Source: Epithemia pelagica (Eukaryota; Protista; Bacillariophyta). Taken from it: a stretch of DNA of 64,000 nucleotides. The notes below the pieces were generated by a model that was not told where the DNA came from, ran no database searches, and saw only the letters and a list, made by a program, of their open reading frames with translations. The position numbers were made by a program, and so were the translations under genes. This document shows, in pieces, positions 9,791-20,554 of the stretch. The stretch spans positions 124,001 through 188,000 of the forward strand of contig OX337237.1 in NCBI GenBank assembly GCA_946965045.2. The letters are read 5' to 3'. The number at the start of each line of letters is the position of its first letter. The stretch's first letter is position 1.

Positions 9791-11419
9791 ATGTATTTAA
9801 CTAAATACTACTCCCGTGTATTATGTTTCAAATGGCTTACTTGGTCTTGTTATCGCGTGCCGATTACACGACCAATTTTTCGATTGGCCATTGTCTCACT
9901 TTTTTCTGTTGTTTCACAATCGCTCATTTTTTACCCTGTAACGGAGAATTGGACGTATATATTATGCTTCCATTTTCATGCACATGGACTCCACATGGTC
10001 GACAATTTCGCAAACAATTGGGGTGCTTCATATGTCCTTCTGGACCGTACCAGGCGATCCCATAAGCGCAGCGTTGTGGATGTATACAACAACGACGACA
10101 GTTTGTCAGAAATCGAGCTACGATCCATCATTGACAGTACAACACAAGGTTATTTCAGTCTCGAAAAACTTACGCCTAACGGATCCGATGCTAATTTGTT
10201 TGCAATCAGCAGCCTCAGTAATGGTAACAGCAACGGAGTTCTCGTTGGTTGTGGAAGTTATGTGGCGGGGGATTTAGGACCATTACAAACATGGTCCACG
10301 GCTGATTTTCGGTTAGACGACGGACCCTCATTTATCTCCCAACCTGACACTGATCAGGTATCAAACTCTGCAAGATTTCGGACAATCGCCCTACCTTACT
10401 GCATAGAAGGTATTATGTCACAGAGAGTACAGCAATCATACGAAGACTTATGTTCTCATCTCATACACAAACGATGTGTGTACCAACATTCCATTGGTCA
10501 ACCGGTAACCGTGCTATTTCTCGAACTGATGCTTGCTTCGAACGGATGCACCTTGAGTGACAGGTTTCTCAGTTGTCTCGGAAAACTATCGATGCATCAT
10601 TCGTTTGGCATTATTGTCGACGAGATTCTAACGGGGGCTCGGAACGATTGCATGTTGATGACTATGCAAGCCCCCAAATTGTTTGCAGAACAAGTTTCCT
10701 ACGTAACACTTGGCAAATTTTGTAACTGTGGAATTGTATTGACGGGGAAACAACATGACCTCAAACTCGACTCAGAAAAGAGACTCTTGAATGCCAGGGG
10801 GGTGACAACTGCATTGCAATGCTCGATTCCGCTACCATTCTTTCGACAGGTACAAAGACTTCTTCATACCATTCCAGCTCGCCGTCGTAAGTGCATCTCC
10901 AACTTCCAAACACTAGCCGAGAAAGACTGTTGGGGTATTGGATTAATCATATTCATACCTCGACGTTGTACCGGTGCGAGGAATGGTACGGCCAACAGAC
11001 TGCTTCCGTTATTGGATGACGTCCCGGCCGATAGCCTGCGGTCAACTCCCGAACCATCTTGGACTCGTCGGCAAGTTAACAACAAAACTATGTCTTCCGT
11101 ATTGAAATGGGCGAACTCGGTGTGTTTCTTACAGGAGAGTATCTCCTTCCAGTCCGAACTTCCATGTTTGTACCATATGATAAACCACTTGGTCGAACAT
11201 CGATTCTCCGAAGGTTGGGTAACTTCAGCAGATTTACATGTCAGTGTGACTCGCCACGTGCATGGATGTGAAAATGCTTCAATGCGATTGACAACAAACG
11301 TGCTCCGATGCCTTGAAAAGGCTGGCTACATAAAGAAGCAGCTTAAAACTCATCGACGTTTACAGGGATGGTCCATTTTGATGGAACGTCTGGACTATCA
11401 TTTCATTCATCACTGTTAA
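9791..11419 (+). CDS. Class-III aminotransferase-fold protein with a C-terminal winged-helix-like domain (likely start ATG 9995, ~474 aa)
   Basis: In order: PNGSDANLFAI (cf. SGSEANEAA), GSYVAG (cf. xYHG), LELMLASNG (cf. EPIQGEGG), FLSCLGKLSMHHSFGIIVDEILTGAR (cf. LIxDEVQTGxGR), YVTLGK (PLP Lys), WGIGL (cf. RGxGL). The C-terminus has NVLRCLEKAGYIKK...RRLQGW. Confidence 0.75.
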   Translation: MYLTKYYSRVLCFKWLTWSCYRVPITRPIFRLAIVSLFSVVSQSLIFYPVTENWTYILCFHFHAHGLHMVDNFANNWGASYVLLDRTRRSHKRSVVDVYNNDDSLSEIELRSIIDSTTQGYFSLEKLTPNGSDANLFAISSLSNGNSNGVLVGCGSYVAGDLGPLQTWSTADFRLDDGPSFISQPDTDQVSNSARFRTIALPYCIEGIMSQRVQQSYEDLCSHLIHKRCVYQHSIGQPVTVLFLELMLASNGCTLSDRFLSCLGKLSMHHSFGIIVDEILTGARNDCMLMTMQAPKLFAEQVSYVTLGKFCNCGIVLTGKQHDLKLDSEKRLLNARGVTTALQCSIPLPFFRQVQRLLHTIPARRRKCISNFQTLAEKDCWGIGLIIFIPRRCTGARNGTANRLLPLLDDVPADSLRSTPEPSWTRRQVNNKTMSSVLKWANSVCFLQESISFQSELPCLYHMINHLVEHRFSEGWVTSADLHVSVTRHVHGCENASMRLTTNVLRCLEKAGYIKKQLKTHRRLQGWSILMERLDYHFIHHC

Positions 11420-11428
11420 TTATATAAT

Positions 11429-14400
11429 CTACATAGGAAACAACACTTCGTCCATTTCTGGGACAGAGAACTCTCCGTCTGACATCCTCTCTCTCCACAG
11501 GTGACCGACTGCGTAGTACTTGTTCATAAACTTACCAGAGTGTTTGGAAAGTTGCGGCAGTAACAGCAATATTTCCTCCATGACATCTTCTTTCACTTTC
11601 GTAATAGACTCGTATAGCATGCATTGTTCTTCTATTGTAATCGGAGCAGTCCAACAACGAGTAGTTGTCCATTCCCCCTTACTGTCGTCGAATGATATAC
11701 GGACAAGCTTAACTAGACGTCTTGTGTTACCCCTTTCTTCACCAATCGGTCGAAAAGGAAGATAGACTGATCCATCCTTTCCTAATATTGCGCAGAGAAT
11801 GGAATTATCACGACAATCCTCTTCCATGGTTTGGCGACTCTTGAATATCTTCACGAGCGACTCTGCGTCCCTTGTTTGTTTAGTCACTCCGTCTTCTTCG
11901 TCCAAACGTCCCATCATCCAATTAAGTGTATCATGTTGATACAACTTTCGCAGTGTGATGGTATTCCAATCAGCCGTCGCCCTTTTGATGCTAAGGAGCG
12001 GCTTAACCTGTTGTATCTTCCTTTCTCCAGCAAAACCGCCTTCCCAGTGTAAAATTGCCGGTCCCATGGTTGCATGGGACGAAGCGCATGCCAAGATACC
12101 TAAGGAATTGGACTTTACGAAATTTGGATTCCGTTTCTGACGGTCTGAACGGAAAAGGATTTCATCCAATTCAACCATACAATCCAGATATTGCAGAATG
12201 TAATCGTACATTCCGTCGATAACCTTCGTTTTGCTCATAATCCGTCCAAAGGCAGAGGCCATGGCATTCACAAACCGAGCAACACATAACCACTCTTGTT
12301 TGTATTCGCTGTCGTTTTGCATTAATCGTTGGTCCATTAACGCCGGAACACTCAAAACAAACTTCCAAATTCTAGCTCCCAAAAGATAATTCTCGGACAC
12401 CCATGTCCCAGTCCCCCAGGAGGAAGTTGAAAGAGGCTGGGCACAAAAGTACTTCGTAGCTCTGATACCTCGAATGCCGGTCAGAAACTTGTTTGCTTCC
12501 TTGCCAAAGGGAGCCAATTTGTTATATTTCCCCATCCACTTAGAGATCATATCGATATTGCTCTTCACATGCCCAAGGAACAACATGTGCATGGGAGCAT
12601 AATGGCATTTCGCGAGAGATCGTACATCATTCCAGCACACAGGCAGTGTAATCTGATCACTTCCGGCAACACATTCTCTGTAGATTGAGTCAATGATCTT
12701 ATTGGTACATCCACATGTCTTCAAATAGGAAGTAAAATTGCCCTTTGTCCACATCATTTGGTTTTGTCGTCCTCCGGGTTGTCGGGTCTTGGCATTATGA
12801 CAGGCAAAAACAACGGCAGACTTGAGCCAATCGACACACAATCGTACTGTTTGTAAATATATGCGTTTCTCAGTTTTTTTTTGTCGCTTTCTGCGTTTCC
12901 GACCAGTCCCAATGGAATTTTCGACGGTCACTGTGACAGGTGTTTCCTGATCTATTTCGTCATTATTTCGCGTGTCAGGAACATCTTCTATATTATACCA
13001 AAGATCTCTGAATTTTGGAGGGATTGGAGCGCCCGTGCGTATGTCGAACTTTTGTGGGTATTCTGCCGGGGCCAGAAATACCAACTTCGGATCCTCTAGT
13101 GACCAATCAGAGCAGATTCTACAGTTTGGCGAACGCCCGTCCTCTGGAATAGAATATTGATGTTGCTTGATTCGTTGTTTTCGCTTCTTCCGACATTCCT
13201 CGCATGATGGAAGATGGTTTATGCGACAGCTTCCATCCACATGGGTCGCATAACCCCAACATGATGAATAGGTACCGTTATGGTCCCCAAGTTGAAAGAT
13301 GGTAGTCCTTTCGGGTCTATCGACTGAGATCAATAACTTATCTATAACAATCTTGACAATCCGTTTCATCCCTCCATGATAAACTCTTAATCCAGTTGAT
13401 GACAATTCTTGTAGCTCTTGTGTCAAGCATTCTTCGATTCCCGAATGATCATCACCTTTACTAGCAAGGGACATGAAATAGGTATGCCTTCCATTGTGTT
13501 CTTCTAAAGTCGGAGGACAAATGGTGAATGTATTGCACCAAACCTGGTTACGTGAGGATTTTGTGTTATTTGGATCAAAATCATCCCTCCACTCACGTAA
13601 CCAGAGGTACATGATGAATTCATCGTCTACATCTGATTCAATACTCAACTGTTTGGCTTGCATCCGCATCAAGAGTTCCTTGGCATGTGGTGTTGCCGAC
13701 ACACTCGGGATTTCTTCTTTATCACCAATTTGTAACTTCGTGTAGAAATCGTAATCGTCAAATGAGACTGCCTTACCCAATTCATTGGCAAGCACATCCG
13801 ATAACTTCACATAGGAATGTGTTCCGTCAGCGGAAGTCTTGGGGACAGGATGGGGTAGGTTCGGCATAATGGCATGTTTTCCAGTGAGAAAGAATCGATC
13901 GAAATCATCTTTCGTAGTTGGAAGACGAATAGTTCGAAAAATTGACAACTCTTTGTTGCCATTATTGCCTGCTGTGGCAAGGATGTCGCTCAAAATCTTC
14001 TTTTGGGGATCCGACAGCTGGATGAGTAGCGATGATAACTGTAAACAGAATCGTGCTTCTTCCTTAGTCACTTGCTCCGGATTAACATTGAAAGCCTTTC
14101 CTGTTAAGAATCGGATTCCCATTCCCTTACACTTATTTTCGTTCAGAAGAAAGTCTGGTGTCGTGGAGGATGCGTCGAATCCCAACTGGAAGAACTCCGG
14201 TTTTGTTGGCATTTGGTGTTGAATCACAACATCTTCGGTGATTTCTGGAATATCCATTTTTTCATGATCATTTCCCAAATGGTCATTCGGGTTACCCAGC
14301 ATTCCATCATGTGTGGAATCTTCGGTCAGCCGTTCCTGTTCCATCAATTTCCTTTGATGCTGAACACTGGTAGCGTGGCGTTGGATGTATTTCCACTGGG

Positions 14401-14671
14401 CTATATATCCTGCAGATTTCCGGCAAGTTGCTGCACCCCTGATACACAGACGGCAACAAAAGAATGTTTTTGCTGCAAGTGAACATGAATTGACAGTATT
14501 TTGGCACACTCCTTCGTACAGCAGACCCTGCATATTTGGACTCGCTTGTTTCGAAAGAATACATCGTGTTATCCGATTGCATTCTCGACAGGGAATATTC
14601 AGTTCAGGAGAAGTCATGACAAGTATGTAATGGAGAAGGACTTGTTGCGTCTCCTTCGGTAAAGCACTCAA
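11429..14671 (-). CDS. CACTA/CMC-type DDE transposase (~1060-1080 aa)
   Basis: REWRDDFDPNNT, SVDRPER, HNGTYSSCW, APMHMLFLGHVK and HWEGGFAGERKI motifs, with N-terminal CxxC clusters. The ORF is intact and lies between CACTG TIRs. Confidence 0.85.
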   Translation of the reverse strand: MSALPKETQQVLLHYILVMTSPELNIPCRECNRITRCILSKQASPNMQGLLYEGVCQNTVNSCSLAAKTFFCCRLCIRGAATCRKSAGYIAQWKYIQRHATSVQHQRKLMEQERLTEDSTHDGMLGNPNDHLGNDHEKMDIPEITEDVVIQHQMPTKPEFFQLGFDASSTTPDFLLNENKCKGMGIRFLTGKAFNVNPEQVTKEEARFCLQLSSLLIQLSDPQKKILSDILATAGNNGNKELSIFRTIRLPTTKDDFDRFFLTGKHAIMPNLPHPVPKTSADGTHSYVKLSDVLANELGKAVSFDDYDFYTKLQIGDKEEIPSVSATPHAKELLMRMQAKQLSIESDVDDEFIMYLWLREWRDDFDPNNTKSSRNQVWCNTFTICPPTLEEHNGRHTYFMSLASKGDDHSGIEECLTQELQELSSTGLRVYHGGMKRIVKIVIDKLLISVDRPERTTIFQLGDHNGTYSSCWGYATHVDGSCRINHLPSCEECRKKRKQRIKQHQYSIPEDGRSPNCRICSDWSLEDPKLVFLAPAEYPQKFDIRTGAPIPPKFRDLWYNIEDVPDTRNNDEIDQETPVTVTVENSIGTGRKRRKRQKKTEKRIYLQTVRLCVDWLKSAVVFACHNAKTRQPGGRQNQMMWTKGNFTSYLKTCGCTNKIIDSIYRECVAGSDQITLPVCWNDVRSLAKCHYAPMHMLFLGHVKSNIDMISKWMGKYNKLAPFGKEANKFLTGIRGIRATKYFCAQPLSTSSWGTGTWVSENYLLGARIWKFVLSVPALMDQRLMQNDSEYKQEWLCVARFVNAMASAFGRIMSKTKVIDGMYDYILQYLDCMVELDEILFRSDRQKRNPNFVKSNSLGILACASSHATMGPAILHWEGGFAGERKIQQVKPLLSIKRATADWNTITLRKLYQHDTLNWMMGRLDEEDGVTKQTRDAESLVKIFKSRQTMEEDCRDNSILCAILGKDGSVYLPFRPIGEERGNTRRLVKLVRISFDDSKGEWTTTRCWTAPITIEEQCMLYESITKVKEDVMEEILLLLPQLSKHSGKFMNKYYAVGHLWRERMSDGEFSVPEMDEVLFPM

Positions 14672-15355
14672 ATGTATAGATTACCGCTTTTGACAACTCC
14701 ATTGTGGGTCCTTCATTTTTTCTCTCGGACGCACGTCTCCATCCGAAGTGAGAAGCAAAAGATACACCAGTCCCAGTACGACCAAGAACTATCTAATTAA
14801 TATTGTTCCCATATTCAAATCTAATACCGAATAATCAAGTTTCTTCTAAATACGGCTAAAAACAATGTCCTATCAGATACCGCGTCCTAATACATATAAA
14901 TTAAGACGTGTCAAGACGACATCCCAGTAAAACCACAAAAAGAAATAGATAGGTAATCCTGTCGGTTGGAGCCATTCATTTTAAAATTACAGGTGACCCG
15001 GCGCGTTATGTGGATTCCCTCGTCCTTCCAAAACACAACAAGAGTGTGTGTGTGTGTGTTTGTGTGTAATGCATGGACGACAGCAATATGAGACTGGAGA
15101 CAATAAAAGAGATCGAGAGAAAGGACAGAGATGACAAAAGAATGATGTCAACATTCAATTACATTCATAAAAAGAAAGAAAGATATTTGGAAGTCCTAAT
15201 AGATAGTTTTCTGATTTGGATACAGAGTAAATGGTAAGCATCAACCACAACCATCTATAACTTGCCATTACGTATTAAGATTATGGACTAATAATCTTGG
15301 GCTTTTGTTTCTGTACGACAAATGACAGTCCATCTTTCGATCGATTAATCGGAGT

Positions 15356-18108
15356 TTGCCATGTCGCAACTCTGATTTGGCAAGTGTCAATGAACTTGAA
15401 CCTACTGTCGCTACTGAAGGGACCAATGCTCGTTTTACCACTTTGGGAAATAGGAGCAATAACCCAACATACTCTCTCGAAGGCAACATGACACGTATTA
15501 CGACGAACATCCCTGGTATTCATTCACAAGCGAGACCGCAAGAGACAGTCAATACGCAGAACATTAACAGTACGCAAAACTCCAGAGTCCTACTGGAATA
15601 TCCGCGTAACTTTTTCCATCAACAAACGGGTGCCGGCCCCTCTACACCAGAACAAGCAGCCAGATTCTGGATGTACAGGAAATCTCGTCGAACGGATGGG
15701 CTTGCCGATACCGAGGAGCAACCGGACGGAGAAGCAATGCTTCAAGAAATAAAGGATATAAGAGAAAGTCTGCGTACTTTCATTCTCCAATCTTATCAAG
15801 AAGGAATTCAACAACGTGCAAAAGAAATGAACATTACAATACCGGGTAAAGCGTCGCATCCTGTGGTTATTCAAGATTTCCGAACTATTTTGAATGGATT
15901 AGAAAGCACCAAGGAAAACCAAATGATGGTATATGAACTCGTCCATCAGTTCCACAAAGACAGGCATTGGTTAGCGGATGCGATCGATCGTTGGTTTGAT
16001 AGAGAGGGTATGGCTTTAGCACCACTGCAGAAACCCAAGTTTGTTGACGGCAAAAGAACACGCATATGCCCCACCGACCGTGGAGGTTTCTCGGCCGTCG
16101 CTCGTTCCGCAAAGTCGCAGGTAGTCGGTGGTTTGATGGCTCCAATGTTGCGAAATGCTGGTTGGAGTGTGTCGCTCACGAAAGGACAGTCGAACAAAAA
16201 CAATTACGAACACAAGGTACGATACAACCAGTCACAGTCATTCTATGTTGTAGTCAGGGAGACGGAGGTAAGTACTTGCCGTACGAGTTCAATGATATGT
16301 ATGAAAGTACTTACTATGTTCGGTATAACAATTTGGTGAAAAGGAGAATGAACAACGAGAAATCGAAGTTGATAGTGCAAGCCCAGACTTTGAAAGAGCA
16401 AGTCATATATTCACCCAGGCAATTGGTGTGAACATTGACGCAGAATGTGTTCGCATGTTGTGGGCAACATGTTTTGTTCCACGTCCAAGAAATAATACAA
16501 ACCCCGAAATAACGGGCCGAGAATTGGTGGTTCAACGAAATCCAGCCGAGGTGTCAGCGTTAACAGAGCAAGAGATGGATGGGAATGTCCAAGCGCAGAG
16601 TGAAAACAGGAAATCTGTTGTTCAAGAAGAAGTGGTTGCAACTGTTGGTATGATGCACAGGACATATGATACAGACCGACCTGAAAATGCAGTGGACTCA
16701 AGCAAATCTATATTGGTCAATGAGAGTAATAACGGACAACATCCAAATGGTACAACTGTACCATTGGGAATTGTGGGAACACAAGAGTCGGGTGACGAAG
16801 AAACAGAAAGAGAAGGAAGTGGACAACAAGAAACCGATTCTGTTGCATCAAAAGCACTATTCGAGGAAGCACTAATTATGGAACGGAACGCACAATTGAA
16901 CATGACTGGAAATATAGAGATGCAAACAGCAGGATCAACAGATCATAGACGAAACAATGAGTCTCAAGGGAGCCGTGAAGATGGAATAGAAGAGAAAGAG
17001 AATCAATGTCCGAGTGGTAATCAGATTGATCAAGAGATTAATGAAAGTGTACAGCATGAGGGACGGTCTCCGTTGAGAAAGAAAGAACAGCACGGGCAAG
17101 TTGTAATAAATGAAAGTGCTGGGTGTATTCAAATGAAAAGGAACACGAAAACGAATGAGGATGACGCTCGACCATCTGTTGAAGAACATCTCAAAGATAC
17201 GGATTATGGAGATGAGAACAGTGTCATACACGATGGTGCGGAAGACAATGTGGAACGTCCAACGAAGGTAAAGGAAGTTCTTCAACAGCAGGATGTTGCT
17301 ATGTCTACTAACACAGGAGTGAACGAATGCTCATCACAGAAAAGTGATGAGAGCACAAATGCTGGTATACTAAGGCAAACACAAGAAGACTTGGGCCAAA
17401 TGTCTCTAGTAACACAACAAGTATCGGTTGTGTCAAGGAGTGAAGCAGAAGAGAAAACAGAGTGTTCCAAGGAGGTCGTTAGAAACCATAACGTGAAAGG
17501 GACGACTATTGCAGAAGAGAAAAAGGTATGTAATGACATCATGTCTTTCGATTGTAATGTGAGAGATTGAACTAACGATAAATGTATGAAATGATTGTTT
17601 TGGTGAATGATAATGGAAAAGGCTGCCAGTCCTAGAAATAAAAAGAGGAAGGTAAGATATGAAATGGATGATGAGTTGATCACGATGAATGTTATGATAG
17701 CTAAAAAACCATCTGTCCTTGTGGTTACAGGAAATGGATAAGTCTGGGGTTAAGAAGACCTCAGGGATGCGGTGTAACAAGAAGTGTGACGATAAGAAGT
17801 GCAAACATAAGGAGCTGAGTTTGTTTATGCGGCAGGATACCCCGGGTTATTTCACAAACAGTTATTATGAGATGAATAAGGGATGGCCGTCCAGATGCAT
17901 GGAATGTAACGAGAAATTTGGCGAGGATGGGAAAAAGGTTAATCAAAGGAATCCAGTGATGGCCTGTCGGAATGCTTGTATTCCTACACATTCATGTACT
18001 CATGCGTATTGTCATGAGTGCTTCTGCAAATTGATGGTAAAGGAAATGGAGAAAGAAACGGGAGGACAACGATCAATTAGACGAAAACGTACACCAAAGG
18101 AAAGGTGA
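15356..18108 (+). CDS. Multi-exon transposon cargo gene: N-terminal globular region, long acidic low-complexity region, C-terminal Cys/His zinc finger
   Basis: ORFs 15356..16339, 16428..17570 and 17719..18108 can be joined by candidate introns: GTAAGT donor at 16268 with an in-frame AG at 16343, donors at 17526 and ~17652, acceptor at 17730. The finger reads CMEC...CRNAC...CTHAYCHEC. Exon boundaries are partly inferred. Confidence 0.6.
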
Positions 18109-18339
18109 GCGAAAGATTGATGGTGGTGGCAAAAGATTGTGTGTGTGTGTTTTGGTATACGTAAAATATAAACAAAACTTATATGTCAGCAGGCGGTTAT
18201 GAAGTATATAGCGTTCTGAGAGGAGAAAAAAGAGAAACATCATGAGACGACGACGAGAGAGAGAAAGTGATGAGAGAGATGAGAGAGACGAAAATTAAAA
18301 GTCACGGTTGAACTGACTTACGAGAGAGAAAAAATATAT

Positions 18340-18649
18340 TTAGACAGTTGCCGGGAGAAGAATAATATAATAGAGTCAGTTGATATAACCTGTCTAACTG
18401 AATATGTAGGAGATGGAATTTAAAAATAGTTGGTGAAACTGACTTAGTCGGGCAGTTGATAAAACTATGGTAACTGAGTAAATAATCAGAGCTGATATGG
18501 AACTGTTTAGGTGATTAGAGAATTGGATAAGAGAAAATCTGAACTGACTAATGTAAGTTGGGGGGATTGATGACGTGATAATTTTACACAGTCGATAACA
18601 ATTGATTAAGTTAAACACCGGCTTTTCAGTTGAATGTTGACTTGCAGTG
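18340..18649. repeat. Right subterminal repeats and TIR
   Basis: TCAGTTGA (reverse complement of TCAACTGA) at 18376 and 18626, GCAGTTGA near 18452, and the TIR at 18638-18649. Confidence 0.8.
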
Positions 18650-18651
18650 GT

Positions 18652-20554
18652 GACTTCGAGTGCAAGAAACGTCTTGAGCACGCTCTTGTCAATGGTATTT
18701 CCGAGTTCGTGGAGAAAGATACAGAGGAAGCACGGGTTTCTGTGGCTCGCCCTCTTGAAGTTATCGAGGGACCCCTCATGGATGGTATGAACGTAGTTGG
18801 TGACCTGTTTGGTGCCGGGAAAATGTTTTTGCCTCAGGTGATTAAGTCTGCTCGTGTGATGAAGAAGGCAGTGGCGTACTTGCTTCCATTTATGGAGGAA
18901 GAGAAGAAAAAGGCAATGATAGAGCAAGGGCTAGATCCAGCTGAGTTTGATGAGAATGATTCGTCGAACTATGCCGGGAAAGTACTCATGGCCACCGTGA
19001 AGGGAGACGTTCACGATATTGGTAAGAATATTGTGTCCGTGGTGTTGGGTTGCAACAATTTCAAAGTGTACGACATTGGTGTCATGGTTACATGCGAGAA
19101 GATTTTGGAGGCTGCCAAAGAATATGATGTTGATGTAATTGGTCTCTCTGGACTGATCACACCATCCCTTGATGAAATGGTGGTAGTTGCAAAAGAGATG
19201 CAAAAAGGAGGATTCAAGCAACCTCTTCTGATTGGAGGTGCCACTACATCCAAGATGCATACTGCTGTCAAGGTATCTCCCAATTTTGCCAGTATAGATC
19301 ACCCTGTCATTCATGTCTTGGATGCAAGTCGTTCCGTGACTGTTGTAAGTTCTCTGCTCTCAGATAACAAGGCAGAGTTTGTCGAAGAGATCCTTGAAGA
19401 GTACGAAGAAATGCGCGAGGATTATTACGCCGGTCTGGAGGATCGTAACTTCCTATCGTTCGATGAAGCGAAGGAGCAAAAACTCGCGATCGACTTCAGT
19501 GAGAGGCCGCCAGCCCCGGCACCCAAAAAGCTCGGTCTGACGGTGATCGATACGGTGAAAATCGCAGATGTGGTGCCTTATATTGATTGGGTATGTACCT
19601 CCGCTCGGGATGACGCGCTCGTCGAGTGACTGCAATCATCCTCATCACGAATCTCTTTTCATTTCTTCTCCTCGGTTTTTCCTTTAGAATCCATTCTTCC
19701 AGACTTGGGAGTTGCGGGGCCGGTACCCGAATCGTGGTTATCCGAAGATTTTCAACGACGAGACTGTCGGCAGCGAGGCCAAGAAACTCTTCGACGACGC
19801 TCAGAAGATGATGCACCAGATCATTGCGGATGGCAGCATGACGCTGAAGGGAGTTGTGGGCCTTTTCCCGGCGAATCGTAGCGAGGACGGAGAGGACGTG
19901 CACGTGTACGAAACAGAGGAAGACCGAGAGGCCGGCAATCCGATCACCACCTTCTGCATGTTGCGTCAGCAAGCGGAGAAGGAATCAGACAGTCCGTACT
20001 ACTCTCAGGCCGACTTCATTGCACCGGCGGGTCATAAAGATTACATGGGCATGTTCGCCGTTTCCACCTTCGGTTGCGAGGCCTTGGTCACCAAGTATGA
20101 GGCCGAAAACGACGACTTCTCGAAGATCATGGCGCAGGCACTGGCAGACCGTTTCGTGGAAGCATTTGCGGAATATCTGCATCGTGACATTCGTTTGAAC
20201 TTGTGGGGATACGCCGCGGACGAAACACTGGATGAATCCGATCTACTTAAGATCAAGTACGATGGTATCCGTCCAGCGCCTGGATATCCCTCACAGCCCG
20301 ATCACACCGAGAAGAGGACAATGTGGGATCTGATCAAGGCCAGTGAGTTGGCAGGTATCGAGCTATCCGAATCGTTGAGCATGATGCCGGCGAGTTCCGT
20401 GTCGGCTTTGGTCTTCGCCCATCCGGACTCGGAGTACTTCGCCGTTGGCCAGGTGGGCAAGGACCAGGTGGTGAACTACACCGAACGGAAGAAGATGGAT
20501 CTCGAGCTTTGCGAGCGTTGGTTGTCCCCGATTTTGAATTACGAGCGAGATTAG
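18652..20554 (+). CDS. METH: METH 3' part: cap, cobalamin-binding and AdoMet reactivation domains; exons 18652..19590 and 19688..20554
   Basis: [38 protein letters not shown] (DxHxxG), [11 protein letters not shown] and [14 protein letters not shown]. The GT..AG intron 19591-19687 joins YIDW|NPFFQTW. Confidence 0.96.

Larger units (their letters stand above)
7704..18649. mobile_element. CACTA/EnSpm (CMC) superfamily DNA transposon, 10,946 bp, inserted in METH
   Basis: 12-bp terminal inverted repeats CACTGCAAGTCA / TGACTTGCAGTG and a 2-bp TSD GT (7702-7703, 18650-18651). Removing the element and one TSD restores TGG CGT GAC TTC GAG TGC (W-R-D-F-E-C), in frame with [12 protein letters not shown]. 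It encodes a CACTA-type transposase. Confidence 0.95.

Noticed and set aside
19591-19687. Apparent break between METH ORFs 18634..19629 and 19712..20554
   Set aside because: An ordinary 97-bp GT..AG intron restores IDW|NPFF.
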